This document shows positions 1-10,060 of a stretch of DNA of 64,000 nucleotides, piece after piece. This stretch comes from an uncultured Ruminiclostridium sp. Lineage in GTDB: Bacteria; Bacillota; Clostridia; Oscillospirales; Ruminococcaceae. The DNA lies in assembly GCA_905235805.1 (NCBI GenBank), contig CAJOMV010000084.1:5354-69353 (forward strand). The letters are read 5' to 3'. Position 1 is the stretch's first letter, and each line of letters begins with the position of its first letter. A program made the position numbers and the translations under genes. Under the pieces are notes generated by a model, which saw nothing but the letters and a program-made list of their open reading frames with translations, did not search any database and was not told the DNA's origin.

Positions 1-440
1 ATACCGCCGTTCTCGAGCGTGTAGTCCTCGGGGTCGATAGTGAGGTCGTTGTTGAGCGGGATAGCCTCATAGGGTATCTTGTATATGTCCGCCCATACGT
101 CGTAGAAGGAATAGGTGATCTCGGGGAAAAGCACGGGCTTATCGGAGTTGAAGAAGGTCTGGAAAGCAACCGAGAGCACATCGTCCGACCCCACGCCGAC
201 GAATACTGATTCGGGCTTCACCTTGTATTCCGCGGCGATCGCGCTGACCAGCTCCGCGGCATCGGGAGCCGGGTAGAGCCGCATATCCCTGTAATTCAGC
301 TCCTCCAGCGCCTCCTTGACAGCGGGGGAGGGGGGATAGGGATTTTCGTTGGTATTGAGCTTTGTGATTTCCTTCTCCTTCGGCTGCTCTCCCGGTGTAT
401 AGGGGACAGCCTTTCTTACTTTATTTTCCCATTCAGCCAT
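1..440 (-). CDS. hisC: Histidinol-phosphate aminotransferase (partial, runs off window start)
   Basis: Manual translation from ATG at 440: MAEWENKVRKAVPYTPGEQPKEKEITKLNTNENPYPPSP; YxPGEQP and KLNTNENPYPPSP are HisC N-terminal motifs; follows hisD. Confidence 0.93.
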   Translation of the reverse strand, partial: MAEWENKVRKAVPYTPGEQPKEKEITKLNTNENPYPPSPAVKEALEELNYRDMRLYPAPDAAELVSAIAAEYKVKPESVFVGVGSDDVLSVAFQTFFNSDKPVLFPEITYSFYDVWADIYKIPYEAIPLNNDLTIDPEDYTLENGG

Positions 441-464
441 AATAATTCCTTTCCTGTCTGCGGT

Positions 465-1760
465 TTACTTGCGTATATCCTCGATTCGTACTTTTATGGA
501 ATTTGCGTGTGCGGTGAGCCTCTCACGCTCCGCGACGCGGATTATGTCGTCAGCGGCGGCATTGAGTCCGTCAGCGGTGTAGTAGATGTAGCTCGACTTC
601 TTGATGAAGCTGTCCACCGAGAGCGGCGAGAAGAACCTTGCCGTTCCCGAGGTGGGGAGAACGTGGTTCGGACCCGCGTAGTAGTCCCCCAGCGGCTCCG
701 GAGCGTATTCCCCGAGGAACAGCGACCCGACGTTCACTATCCGTCCGATGTATTCCAGCGGGTTTGCCGCCACTACCTCGCAGTGCTCAGGCGCAAGGGC
801 GTTCGCGATGTCACACGCCTCGTACAGATTTTTGGTAACGATTATCTTTCCGTAGTTAGTCAGCGAGTAGTCGATTATATCCTTCCGTTCAAGGTACTGC
901 ATCTGCCGTTCTATCTCGGCAGTCGTTTCCTTTGCGACGCGTTCGCTCGTGGTAATGAGTATCGCGCTTGCGAGCTTATCGTGCTCTGCCTGTGACATGA
1001 GGTCAGCGGCGAGGTACTTGGGGTTTGCGGAGTCGTCCGCCACGACGAGTATCTCACTCGGTCCCGCTATCATGTCGATATCCACGGTGCCGTACAGCAG
1101 CTTCTTTGCTGTCGCGACGAATATATTTCCGGGTCCCACTATCTTTGATACCTTCGGTATCTCCTCGGTGCCGTATGCGAGAGCCGCCACAGCCTGCGCG
1201 CCGCCGCACATGAATATGCTGTCCACGCCGCAAAGCGCCGCCGCTACGAGGATATCCTTGTTGGGAGTGCCGTCCTTGAGCGGGGGAGTTGTCATAACTA
1301 TCTCCCCGACGCCCGCTATCTTTGCGGGAATGGCGTTCATCAGCACCGAGGACGGATATGCAGCCGTACCGCCCGGCACATACAGCCCGACCTTATCCAG
1401 TCCGCGTACCCTCTGTCCGAGAATGCAGCCCGTCTCGTCGGTCATCATATAGCCGTTCTGCTTTTGTCTCTCGTGGAACGCGGTTATCTTTTCGATGCAG
1501 TTGAGCAGCGAGTCAACAAACTCCCTGTCAGCCTCCGTCAGCGCGTCCTGTATCACTTCCTGCGGCACCCGGTAGTATTTCACGTCCGGGCAGTCGAATT
1601 TCGCGGTGTACTGCTTAACGGCACTGTCGCCGTTTTCCTTCACGTCAGCGAGTATAGCCCTGACAGTCTTTTCCACATCGGCGTTTATCTCACCGCTTCG
1701 CTTCTCGACTTCCTTCAGGAATTCCTTCTCGCTTCCGTCTGCGTATATTGTTCCTATCAT
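465..1760 (-). CDS. hisD: Histidinol dehydrogenase
   Basis: YVPGG.AAYPSS, GPGNIFV, DMIAGPSE, SQAEHD, GDYYAGPNHVLPT motifs. Confidence 0.97.
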   Translation of the reverse strand: MIGTIYADGSEKEFLKEVEKRSGEINADVEKTVRAILADVKENGDSAVKQYTAKFDCPDVKYYRVPQEVIQDALTEADREFVDSLLNCIEKITAFHERQKQNGYMMTDETGCILGQRVRGLDKVGLYVPGGTAAYPSSVLMNAIPAKIAGVGEIVMTTPPLKDGTPNKDILVAAALCGVDSIFMCGGAQAVAALAYGTEEIPKVSKIVGPGNIFVATAKKLLYGTVDIDMIAGPSEILVVADDSANPKYLAADLMSQAEHDKLASAILITTSERVAKETTAEIERQMQYLERKDIIDYSLTNYGKIIVTKNLYEACDIANALAPEHCEVVAANPLEYIGRIVNVGSLFLGEYAPEPLGDYYAGPNHVLPTSGTARFFSPLSVDSFIKKSSYIYYTADGLNAAADDIIRVAERERLTAHANSIKVRIEDIRK

Positions 1761-1804
1761 AGTCTGTTGTGTCCTTTCTTATTGTGCTGTATCGTTCGAG
1801 CTTT

Positions 1805-1858
1805 GGTCGCCGGCGCTCGAGTCGGCGCTTACGCGCTTTGATCGCTGGCGCTCGAGTT
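1805..1858. repeat. Dispersed GC-rich REP-like element, copy 1
   Basis: 54-nt segment matches 31979-32032 at 43/54 positions without gaps (manual alignment). Confidence 0.7.
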
Positions 1859-1990
1859 TTTTCGCCTACGCGGCGGGCGGCAACGCGTGGCGTTGCATCC
1901 GAATTCCGTCTGTTACATCCTGCTTGCTAACATTTTCTGCCTCGCAGCCGATATGCTCTGCGAGTGTTTTTCGGGTGGGGAGCGCTTTAC

Positions 1991-2650
1991 TCACACGCTT
2001 CCTCTTTCCCCCTGCTCAAGAGCTGACAGCATAGCTGCCGAGAGCTCTTCTATACGCTCTTTTTTGAGCTTCATACTTACGGTATTTACGATTAGGCGGG
2101 CGGAAATGGGAACGACGTCCTCGATGACCGCGAGACCGTTCTCCCTGAGGGTGGTACCGGTCTCGACGATATCCACGATACCGTCCGCTATTTTAAGCAG
2201 GGGCGCGAGCTCCACGGAGCCCTCTATCTTTACTATATCGACGTCCATGCGCTTGCTCTCGAAAAAATGGCGGGTAACTGCGGGGTACTTGGTGGCGACG
2301 GTCTTGACGCCTACACCTCCGTAAAAATCGGAGCCCTCCTTCGTCGCGAGCGCGAAGCGGCACCTGCCGAACCCGAGGTCAGCTATCTCATAGTACTGCC
2401 CGCCGTGCTCGAGTATGGTGTCCTTGCCGACCACGCCCATATCGCACGCGCCGAGCTCGACGTATGTGATGACATCGGCGGCTTTGGCGAGAACTACCTG
2501 AATGTTCTGCCCGGGGATATTGAGTATAAGGCGGCGTCCCTTTTCGACAAGCTCGGTGGTGTCGAAGCCCATTTTCCCGAAAAGTCCGACAGTATCCTTC
2601 TCCAGTCTGCCTTTGGTGAGAGCTATGCGGATAGTTGTATTTTCACTCAT
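1991..2650 (-). CDS. hisG: ATP phosphoribosyltransferase, short form
   Basis: IALTKGRL, ATKYP, GSVELAP, IVDIVETGTTLRENGL motifs; 219 aa; adjacent to hisZ. Confidence 0.97.
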   Translation of the reverse strand: MSENTTIRIALTKGRLEKDTVGLFGKMGFDTTELVEKGRRLILNIPGQNIQVVLAKAADVITYVELGACDMGVVGKDTILEHGGQYYEIADLGFGRCRFALATKEGSDFYGGVGVKTVATKYPAVTRHFFESKRMDVDIVKIEGSVELAPLLKIADGIVDIVETGTTLRENGLAVIEDVVPISARLIVNTVSMKLKKERIEELSAAMLSALEQGERGSV

Positions 2651-2663
2651 TCTGCTGCCCTCC

Positions 2664-3863
2664 TTATAGCACCGTGTGCTTTATGCCGTCTGCGGTGACC
2701 GTGTCGATGTGCTTTATGCCGCGCTTCACGGCGAGAGCGCGAGCCTCCTCCTCGGTGGAGAGGTCGGCGTATTCCACGGTAAGTCCTGCCTCGATAGATT
2801 TGCGGCAATGTCGGAGCGCCTCGGTGATGTGCTCATCGTCGGAGTAAACGAGCAGAGCCGGCGGGGGAGTCAGCATACCGCCCGAGCGCTTGAGCAGCGC
2901 GTTCGCAACGGCATTCTCGTTCACCGCGAAGCCTGTCGCGGGTATATCTGCCCCGAAGTCCGCGAGCACCTTGTCATACCGTCCGCCCGAGAGCACGGGC
3001 ATTCCGTATCCCGAGACATACCCTCTGAACACAATACCGGTGTAGTAATCCTGTGACTTGCTGACCATACCGAGGTCAGCGGTGACTCTGCCGCCGATGC
3101 CGAGAGCGGAGATGTTGTTGTATACCTTAACGAGCCGTGCGAGAGCGGGCTGCACCTCATCGGGGAGTACCTCCGCGGCTTCGGCTAGCACTTCCTTGCC
3201 GCCGAACAGTCTCGCAAGCTTTCCGATCGCTTCGGCGTACCTGTTGCTGCCGAACCTCGCGAGGAAACTGTCAAGGGCGGGGTAGTTCTTCCCGAGCATA
3301 TATTCCCGCAGCTCGTCCTGCTCCTTCTCGGATAGGGGAAGCTTCGCGGACAGCTCCGTGAAAAAGCCGCTGTCGCCTATCTCGAAGCGCCAGTCGTCCG
3401 CCTCAAAGGACTCCATTACCTCCGCGGCAACTGACAGCGCCTCCATATCGGCGCGCATTGTCTCGCCGCCGATTATCTCGATACCGCTCTGGTAGAATTC
3501 GTCATCACGTCCGCTTTCCTTCGGGTTTGCGCGGTAAATGGTCTGGTTATAGAAGAATTTGAGGGGCAGTGCAGACCCCGAGAGTCTTGTCCCCACCAGT
3601 CTCGCTATCGGGAGCGTGGAATCGGGGCGCATGACCACCAGCCGACCCTTCCCGTCGGTGAGCTTGTACAGCTCCTCCTGCGAGTAATGCCTCGACCTGT
3701 TGCTGAACACATCGAAGAACTCCAGTCCCGGGGTTATCACCTCTGTATAGCCGTGGCTGGTGAATATCCCTCTCAGTCTGTCTCCGACGCTCCGCAGAGC
3801 CGCGCATTCGTCGTATATGAGGTCACGGGTTCCTTCGGGGGTGAGCAGATCGTATTTTTTCAT
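2664..3863 (-). CDS. hisZ: ATP phosphoribosyltransferase regulatory subunit
   Basis: HisRS-like sequence (TPEGTRD, RPDSTLPIAR, YYTGIVF, GGRYD) upstream of short hisG. Confidence 0.93.
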   Translation of the reverse strand: MKKYDLLTPEGTRDLIYDECAALRSVGDRLRGIFTSHGYTEVITPGLEFFDVFSNRSRHYSQEELYKLTDGKGRLVVMRPDSTLPIARLVGTRLSGSALPLKFFYNQTIYRANPKESGRDDEFYQSGIEIIGGETMRADMEALSVAAEVMESFEADDWRFEIGDSGFFTELSAKLPLSEKEQDELREYMLGKNYPALDSFLARFGSNRYAEAIGKLARLFGGKEVLAEAAEVLPDEVQPALARLVKVYNNISALGIGGRVTADLGMVSKSQDYYTGIVFRGYVSGYGMPVLSGGRYDKVLADFGADIPATGFAVNENAVANALLKRSGGMLTPPPALLVYSDDEHITEALRHCRKSIEAGLTVEYADLSTEEEARALAVKRGIKHIDTVTADGIKHTVL

Positions 3864-3882
3864 ATTTGTATTCCTTCCGCTT

Positions 3883-3953
3883 ATGCTTTAGTGTGCTACT
3901 ATGCTAATCAATTACCATAGTAGTATGATAACATTTTTGCGGTCTCAAGTCAA
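3883..3953 (-). promoter_or_regulatory. Sigma-A promoter of his operon plus probable HisR (TrpR-like) operator
   Basis: Minus strand TTGACT-N17-TATCAT (3953-3925); downstream atgctttagtgtgctactatgctaat (3883-3908) resembles the CTTTAG-type HisR box. Confidence 0.6.
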
Positions 3954-4006
3954 TAGTTCTGTCAAATTTCGCTTTTTCGTACAATATTTTTCAACATTCC
4001 GCGAGT

Positions 4007-5215
4007 TCATTGTGTCGTCTGCACTGCGGGGGCTGGTGTATCGGCTTTGTCCTCGCCGCGGTAGAGCAGCTTGAGGATAATGGGCGTGGAAATGGAGGAT
4101 ACGATTATCATCAGTATCACGGAGGTAAAGTACGTCGGCTCCATCAGCCCCACCGACAGCCCCTTCTGCGAGACTATCAGCGCGACCTCGCCGCGTGTCA
4201 TCATACCCACACCGACTTTAAGGCTGTCCTTGAAATTGTTGCCGAGCAGCTTTGCCGTAAGCCCGCAGCCGATGACCTTTGTTATCAGCGCAGTGAACAC
4301 GAATGCCGCCGAGAACAGCAGCAGCTCCGGGGTAAATCCGTCGAACTGCGTTTTCAGTCCGATACTCGCGAAGAACACGGGGCCGAACATCATGTACGAG
4401 CTGACGTCCATTTTTTCCGCTATGTACTCCGAGTCGCGGAGGTTGCAGAGAATGAGCCCTGCCACATACGCGCCGGTGATGTCGGCAATGCCGAAGAATT
4501 TCTCGGCGGAGTACGCCATTATCATGCACAGCGCGAGTCCGAGAATGGGTATCCTGCGCTTATGCGGATAGCGCTTGTCAATGAACTTGAAAACATAGTA
4601 CGACAGTATGCCGACCAGCACGCTGAACAGCAGGAACAGTCCCGTTCTTCCCACAACGTCGAGCGGATCCGACTCGGGGTCCTTGAACCCGACGACGAAT
4701 GTCAGCACTATGATGCCTATGATATCGTCGATTATCGCGGAGCTGAGTATCAGTGTGCCTATGCGTCCCTTCAGGTGTCCGAGCTCCTTCAGGGTCTGCA
4801 CTGTGATGCCGACGGAGGTGGCGGTCATTATCGTGCCGATGAACACGGCGCGCATGAAGCCCTCGCTCCCCCATTCGGAGAAGCCGTATATCAGCATATA
4901 TGTGAGCGCACCGCCGGCAAGCGGCACGAACACTCCAACCAGCGCCACCAGCAGCGCTTTCGGACCTGTTTTCATCAGATCCTTCATATTTGTCTCGAGA
5001 CCCGCGCCGAACATTATCAGAATGACACCTATTTCAGCCATTCTCGACAAAAAGTCCGACTGTCCGACTAACCCGAGCGCCGAGGGACCTATTATCAGTC
5101 CCGCTATTATTTCTCCGACGACCTGCGGAGCCTTCAGCTTATGTGCGACCAGACCCAGTACCTTCGCGGACACGATTATCAGCGCCAGATCCTTCAGAAA
5201 TTCAAAACTCTCCAT
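4007..5215 (-). CDS. Cation:proton antiporter (CPA2/NapA-like)
   Basis: Many TM helices; PQVVGEIIAGLIIGP, ATSVGIT, AIIDDI, GMMTRGEVAL motifs. Confidence 0.9.
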   Translation of the reverse strand: MESFEFLKDLALIIVSAKVLGLVAHKLKAPQVVGEIIAGLIIGPSALGLVGQSDFLSRMAEIGVILIMFGAGLETNMKDLMKTGPKALLVALVGVFVPLAGGALTYMLIYGFSEWGSEGFMRAVFIGTIMTATSVGITVQTLKELGHLKGRIGTLILSSAIIDDIIGIIVLTFVVGFKDPESDPLDVVGRTGLFLLFSVLVGILSYYVFKFIDKRYPHKRRIPILGLALCMIMAYSAEKFFGIADITGAYVAGLILCNLRDSEYIAEKMDVSSYMMFGPVFFASIGLKTQFDGFTPELLLFSAAFVFTALITKVIGCGLTAKLLGNNFKDSLKVGVGMMTRGEVALIVSQKGLSVGLMEPTYFTSVILMIIVSSISTPIILKLLYRGEDKADTPAPAVQTTQ

Positions 5216-5227
5216 AACCGTCCTCTT

Positions 5228-5587
5228 TTAATTCGCAAACAGCGCGTAGTAGTTATTAATAAGAAGTATGAGCGAGAGCGTGAAAATAAATCCCACCGAC
5301 ATGATGAGATACATAGCGCGCATTTTCCTTGTTTTTATCAATATTATGCTGCTCATTCCGACCCAGATGCAGGATACCATTAGTGAGACGAAAATAAGCA
5401 TCATCGGGAGCATGAAGGTGTATTCGTAATGGAACACCTTCTCGGAAAGAAACAGCACAAGACCCGTGACGAACGGAACGAACCCCAGCGGCAGCACCGC
5501 CAGTCCCCAGTTTTTCCGCCCGGCACGGAAAAATCCGATATTCAGAGCGCCGAGTATCACGGCTATCACCAGACATTCTCCTGCCAT
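5228..5587 (-). CDS. Hypothetical membrane protein
   Basis: 119 aa, about four hydrophobic segments, GGAGG SD upstream. Confidence 0.7.
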   Translation of the reverse strand: MAGECLVIAVILGALNIGFFRAGRKNWGLAVLPLGFVPFVTGLVLFLSEKVFHYEYTFMLPMMLIFVSLMVSCIWVGMSSIILIKTRKMRAMYLIMSVGFIFTLSLILLINNYYALFAN

Positions 5588-5614
5588 TTTGTCCTCCGTA
5601 TGCCCCGCTTTTGT

Positions 5615-6130
5615 TTATCCGAGATATCCCTTTATTATGCCCTCGGCGGCGGAGTTGTCGCTTGTGACGATGTAGTACACCCATTCGCCGCTCTGCGACA
5701 CTATCGCGCCCTCGAGCTTGTAGTATTCCTCGGGAGTGTAGTCCTTGTAGGTCTTTTTCTGGTATTCCAGCCTGTCGTTGACAGCGGGGACAGCGGCAGC
5801 TGCGTCCTCGGAGTTACCGAACCTGAATACCGCTATCTCGTCCGGGTATGCTCCCGAAGCGCACATATAGTAGGACTGGTCGATGAGCGTGGCAGTATCG
5901 AGACCGTCGAAATAGTCCGGGAGGCTGTCAAAGCTCTTCTCGAACGCGGAGTTTATCGGCACGCTCTCAAGCACTGCCGCCGTTATCTCGGAGGCGGTGG
6001 CGCTTACGTTCTGAACTGCCGCCTCACCCGCGGTCGCGGCAGTCTCTGCGGGCTTACTGCCGCCGTCGCAGGCGGACGCGCCGCATACCAGTGCGGCAAT
6101 AAGGACAGCTGCATAAATTCTCTTTTTCAT
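5615..6130 (-). CDS. DUF4358-like lipoprotein
   Basis: Lipobox ASAC; DEIAVF and Y.PEE..KL motifs resemble DUF4358. Confidence 0.75.
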   Translation of the reverse strand: MKKRIYAAVLIAALVCGASACDGGSKPAETAATAGEAAVQNVSATASEITAAVLESVPINSAFEKSFDSLPDYFDGLDTATLIDQSYYMCASGAYPDEIAVFRFGNSEDAAAAVPAVNDRLEYQKKTYKDYTPEEYYKLEGAIVSQSGEWVYYIVTSDNSAAEGIIKGYLG

Positions 6131-6169
6131 TTTCTTTGGTTCCTTTCTTTTTGTTCCTGTCTGTGTGAT

Positions 6170-7063
6170 TTATATCTGTATCGATTTCTGGAAGTAGCTC
6201 AGCATGTGCTTGTAGGCGGTGCCGAGAAAGTGCATTCCGTCAGCCTCCGCGTAGGTCGCTGAGAAGTATCCCGAGGAGTCCTCGAGCTGCGAGCACAGGT
6301 CGAGATATACCACGCCCTCGTCCTCGCACATACCCTTCAGAAGCTTGTTGTAGCCGTTGACCATGACCATAGTCTCCTGACCCGCGGAGTCATGCACCTT
6401 TGTTACGGGCGGTATGGATACGACGTAGATGTAGCTGTCGGGGCATACCGCGCGGAGCTCTCTCACGAGCATAGCCATCTGCTCGGACATATAGGTGTTG
6501 CCCATGTACGCGAGACCGTTCGAGCCGAGCATTATGAATATACGCTTCGGCTGCAGCTCCTCCGCCTTGGATATGGAGGTATAGCCGTCGTAGGAATTGG
6601 TGCGGGCGGATTCGGGGTTGAGACCTATCTGCGCAAAGACGTGGTCAGAGTCGAAATAGCCGTAGTTGACCAGTCCCGTGTAAATGGAGTCTCCGATGAA
6701 CAGGTCGTCAGCGAAGAATTCGGGGTCGTAGTCGTCGTTCTCCATTGCCACTACAGTCTCATCGGGGTCGGGCTCGGTCTCCTCGGTGGTCTCGGTCACG
6801 ATGAACTCCTCTGTTTCCTCCGGCTCCTCCTCGGTGACGGGCTCGGTCTCCATTTCGATAGCCTCGCCGGTGGTTACCGCGGTGGTGGTTATCTGCGCGA
6901 CGGGTGTGTCCTGCTGATCCATATTTGCCACGTCCGTAGGCTCGAGCTTGCCTGTCATATACAGGTAGATAAGCACTATTAGCACGATGACCGTCAGCGC
7001 TATCAGTATATTCAGTATCACTATCGAGAGTGATATACCGTCAACTCTGTGTTTTTTCTGCAT
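6170..7063 (-). CDS. Membrane-anchored SGNH/GDSL esterase
   Basis: N-terminal TM, Thr/Glu-rich linker, FIGDS, LGSN and DGMH catalytic blocks. Confidence 0.85.
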   Translation of the reverse strand: MQKKHRVDGISLSIVILNILIALTVIVLIVLIYLYMTGKLEPTDVANMDQQDTPVAQITTTAVTTGEAIEMETEPVTEEEPEETEEFIVTETTEETEPDPDETVVAMENDDYDPEFFADDLFIGDSIYTGLVNYGYFDSDHVFAQIGLNPESARTNSYDGYTSISKAEELQPKRIFIMLGSNGLAYMGNTYMSEQMAMLVRELRAVCPDSYIYVVSIPPVTKVHDSAGQETMVMVNGYNKLLKGMCEDEGVVYLDLCSQLEDSSGYFSATYAEADGMHFLGTAYKHMLSYFQKSIQI

Positions 7064-7172
7064 AAACTTACGTCCTTTTCTGTCTTTCCTCTGTAATAGA
7101 CACTATTCTTTATTATACTATATTTTCTGCCGATAATCAATAGATTTTGAGAGAATTTTTCTCATTTCACGG

Positions 7173-7207
7173 ACAAAACGCCCCCTGACGCTGCAAAGGG
7201 CGTTTTG
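7173..7207 (-). terminator. Probable intrinsic terminator
   Basis: caaaacgccc...gggcgttttg inverted repeat just after the regulator stop codon. Confidence 0.6.
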
Positions 7208-7211
7208 CTGG

Positions 7212-7589
7212 TTACTTGTCGAGCTTGTGCTTTTTCATGTGCTTCTTGATAGCCTGGAAGGTCTTGTCGCTGATAACGTGCTCGATGCGGCAGGCGTCCT
7301 CGGAGGCAGTGTCCTCGTCCACACCAATGTTCACGAACAGGGCGGTGAGTACTCTGTGGCGTTCGTATATCTTCTCGGCTATCTCTTTTCCGAGGTCTGT
7401 GAGGGTGATGTATCCGTTCTCGTCGATATCGAGGTAGCCGCCGTCCTTTAGCAGGTGCATCGCGCGGCTTATGCTGGGCTTTGAGAAGCCCATTTCGTCG
7501 CAGATATCTATTGAGCGTACATCCTTTTTCTTTTCGGAGAGTATGAGAATTGTCTCAAGATACATCTCGCCCGATTCCTGAAGAGTCAT
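7212..7589 (-). CDS. DtxR/MntR-family metal-dependent transcriptional regulator
   Basis: ESGEMYLETI, SKPSISRA, ERHRVL, EDACRIEH motifs. Confidence 0.92.
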   Translation of the reverse strand: MTLQESGEMYLETILILSEKKKDVRSIDICDEMGFSKPSISRAMHLLKDGGYLDIDENGYITLTDLGKEIAEKIYERHRVLTALFVNIGVDEDTASEDACRIEHVISDKTFQAIKKHMKKHKLDK

Positions 7590-7610
7590 GGTAAAGTTCC
7601 TCCGTTAATG

Positions 7611-9767
7611 TCAGATTATGCCGGTTCTTTCGGCGCTTATGACGCCGGTTATCTTGCTTATGCGTGAGATGAGGTTCGTGAGCTGCTCTACGCTTGCTAC
7701 CTCCACGGTAACGATGATATTTCCGTTGCCGTTCTTGAGGTTATGGGCGGTGCAGTGCCGTATCGGTATCCTGCTGGCTGCTATCACCGAGGTAACGTCC
7801 GCTATGAGGGCAGTTCTGTCCTCCGCGATGATGTCGATAGTGGCGTTGTAGCTGTCGGTGTTCTCGTCCGCGGACGCCCACGCGGCGTTTATCCAGCGCT
7901 CCTTCTCGGACGCGGGTGAATTTATCACGTTCATGCAGTCCCGCTTATGGACGGAAACGCCGTACCCGCGTGTGATGAACCCAATGATATCGTCTCCCGG
8001 GAGGGGATTGCAGCACTTGGCGAACTTCACGAGGCAGTTCTCCATACCGTCCACGATAACGCCGCTCTTTCTGCGCCGTCCGGTGTAGTTGACAGCGTAG
8101 GGATCCTCGGTATCGCGGTCGCCGTGACGCTGACTGTACATATCCTTGGCGCGCTGCATTATCTTCGAGAGGATGACGCCGCCGTAGCCTATCGCCGCGT
8201 AGAAGTCCTCCACATTGTCGAAATGCTGCATCTTTGCGAGCTCAAGTATAAACTCCGGCTCGGGTATCATCTTGTTGCGGCGGAACTCGCTCTCAATGGA
8301 CGCCATGCCCTCCTGCACGTTCTCCTCACGGCACTCCCGTTTGAACCACGAGCGTATCTTTGTGCGCGCCTCGTTTGTCTTGGCTATGTCGAGCCAGTTG
8401 CGGTTGGGACGCGCGTTTTCGGAGGTGATGACTTCAACGATATCACCTGTCTGGAGACGGTAGTCGAAGCGTATCATTTTCCCGCCGACCTTCGCGCCTG
8501 TCATGTGGTTGCCGACCTGCGTGTGTATCGCGTAAGCGAAGTCGATGACCGTCGAGCCCGCGGGGAGGTTTATAACATCGCCCTTCGGCGTGAACACATA
8601 CACATCGTCGGGGGAGAGGTCTACCTTGATAGCGTCGGCGATCTGCTCGATATCGTCGGTGTCCTGCTGCTGCTCGATAATGTGGCGTATCCAGTCGAAG
8701 CGCTTCTCGCCCGAGACTGTGCCGCTTATGCCTGCCTTGTACTTCCAGTGGGCGGCGATACCGTACTGTGCGGTATTGTGCATCTCGTAGGTGCGTATCT
8801 GCACCTCGAAGGGAATACCCTCCCGACCGATGACTGTTGTATGAAGCGACTGGTAGCGGTTGGGCTTTGGTGTTGCGATATAGTCCTTGAAGCGGAAGGG
8901 AATAGGCTTGAAGATATCGTGGATTATACCGAGCACATTATAACATTCAATTACTGTCGATACAATTACTCTGACTGCGTATATATCATATATCTCGTCA
9001 AAGCTTTTGCCGTTTATGAATACCTTCTTATAAATGGAATAGACGCTCTTCACGCGTCCCTCAATGGTGGGGGGAGGCTGGATATCGGTGATACGCTCAC
9101 GGATACGCTCCTTTATCACGTCGATGAAGGTATCGCGCTGTTCCTTATGCTGGTTGAGCAGGTCCTCGATGGATTTCGAGCCGTAGGGGTCGAGAATGCG
9201 TATGGAGATATCCTCCATTTCCTCCTTGACGGCGCTCATACCGAGGCGATGCGCGATAGGCGCGTAGAAGTTCATGGTCTCGAGAGCCTTCTTGCGTTGT
9301 TTTTCCGGCGGGCGGTACATTATGGTGCGCATATTGTGCAGTCTGTCCGCGAGCTTGATGATGATGACGCGGATATCCTTCGACATCGCGATGAGTATCT
9401 TGCGGGTATTCTCCGCCTGCTGTTCCTCCTTGGTGTTGTTCAGCGGCACCTGACCTATCTTGGTAACGCCGTCCACGAGGTTCGCGACATCGTCTCCGAA
9501 CTTTCTTCGCAGCGTTTCGAGGGAAACGTCGGTATCCTCCACCACATCATGCAGCAATGCGGCGCATATAGTGTCGGTGTCCATACAGAATTCCAGCAGT
9601 ATACAGGCAACAGCTATCGGGTGAGTGATATACGGCTCACCCGAGCTGCGTTTTACGCCCGCGTGCGCTTCATTGGCAGTTTCGTATGCCGCGGTGATCT
9701 TTGCGAGATCGTAGGGTTTCTCGCTCTCCTTTATCTTCTCCGTCAGATATTCAATTGTATAAAGCAT
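7611..9767 (-). CDS. relA: Bifunctional (p)ppGpp synthetase/hydrolase Rel
   Basis: HD domain (HPIAVA, LHDVVED, KLADRLHNMRT), synthetase YQSLHT/EVQIRT, TGS (VFTPKG), CCNP and ACT regions. Confidence 0.97.
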   Translation of the reverse strand: MLYTIEYLTEKIKESEKPYDLAKITAAYETANEAHAGVKRSSGEPYITHPIAVACILLEFCMDTDTICAALLHDVVEDTDVSLETLRRKFGDDVANLVDGVTKIGQVPLNNTKEEQQAENTRKILIAMSKDIRVIIIKLADRLHNMRTIMYRPPEKQRKKALETMNFYAPIAHRLGMSAVKEEMEDISIRILDPYGSKSIEDLLNQHKEQRDTFIDVIKERIRERITDIQPPPTIEGRVKSVYSIYKKVFINGKSFDEIYDIYAVRVIVSTVIECYNVLGIIHDIFKPIPFRFKDYIATPKPNRYQSLHTTVIGREGIPFEVQIRTYEMHNTAQYGIAAHWKYKAGISGTVSGEKRFDWIRHIIEQQQDTDDIEQIADAIKVDLSPDDVYVFTPKGDVINLPAGSTVIDFAYAIHTQVGNHMTGAKVGGKMIRFDYRLQTGDIVEVITSENARPNRNWLDIAKTNEARTKIRSWFKRECREENVQEGMASIESEFRRNKMIPEPEFILELAKMQHFDNVEDFYAAIGYGGVILSKIMQRAKDMYSQRHGDRDTEDPYAVNYTGRRRKSGVIVDGMENCLVKFAKCCNPLPGDDIIGFITRGYGVSVHKRDCMNVINSPASEKERWINAAWASADENTDSYNATIDIIAEDRTALIADVTSVIAASRIPIRHCTAHNLKNGNGNIIVTVEVASVEQLTNLISRISKITGVISAERTGII

Positions 9768-9894
9768 ACCGATATCACACCTTTCTTTTGTTTTTCGCTG
9801 TTTGTTGTTTGTTGTTCTACAATTCTTTTTCTGTTTTGTCTATAGCGTGAATTTGTTTTATTTCGCCCGCGGAAAAACTTCTTCTATTTGGGGC

Positions 9895-10060
9895 GTTCTG
9901 CCCGCGAGGCGACTTACTTTCTGCCTGCAGCAGCAGAAAGTAAGCAAAGAGTGCCGCCCCCGGGGCGGGGTCGTTCGAAGCTCCGCAGAGCGCAGTGCTT
10001 CACGTTATTCTCGCTGGAGCTCTCCTCAACCCGCCCCGGGGGTCTGCCGAGCGGGGAGAG
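9895..10060. repeat. Structured intergenic palindromic element (REP/MITE-like)
   Basis: Hairpin ttactttctgc-N-gcagaaagtaa (9913-9943) plus long-range inverted repeat ccccggggcggg / cccgccccgggg (about 9957-9970 and 10030-10042). Confidence 0.6.

Noticed and set aside
7947-9845. 632-aa plus-strand ORF, and similar long antisense ORFs at 4010, 9888, 23635, 26101, 33196, 38869 and 48020
   Set aside because: Shadow frames opposite well-supported genes, expected from GC-rich codon bias; no motifs recognised
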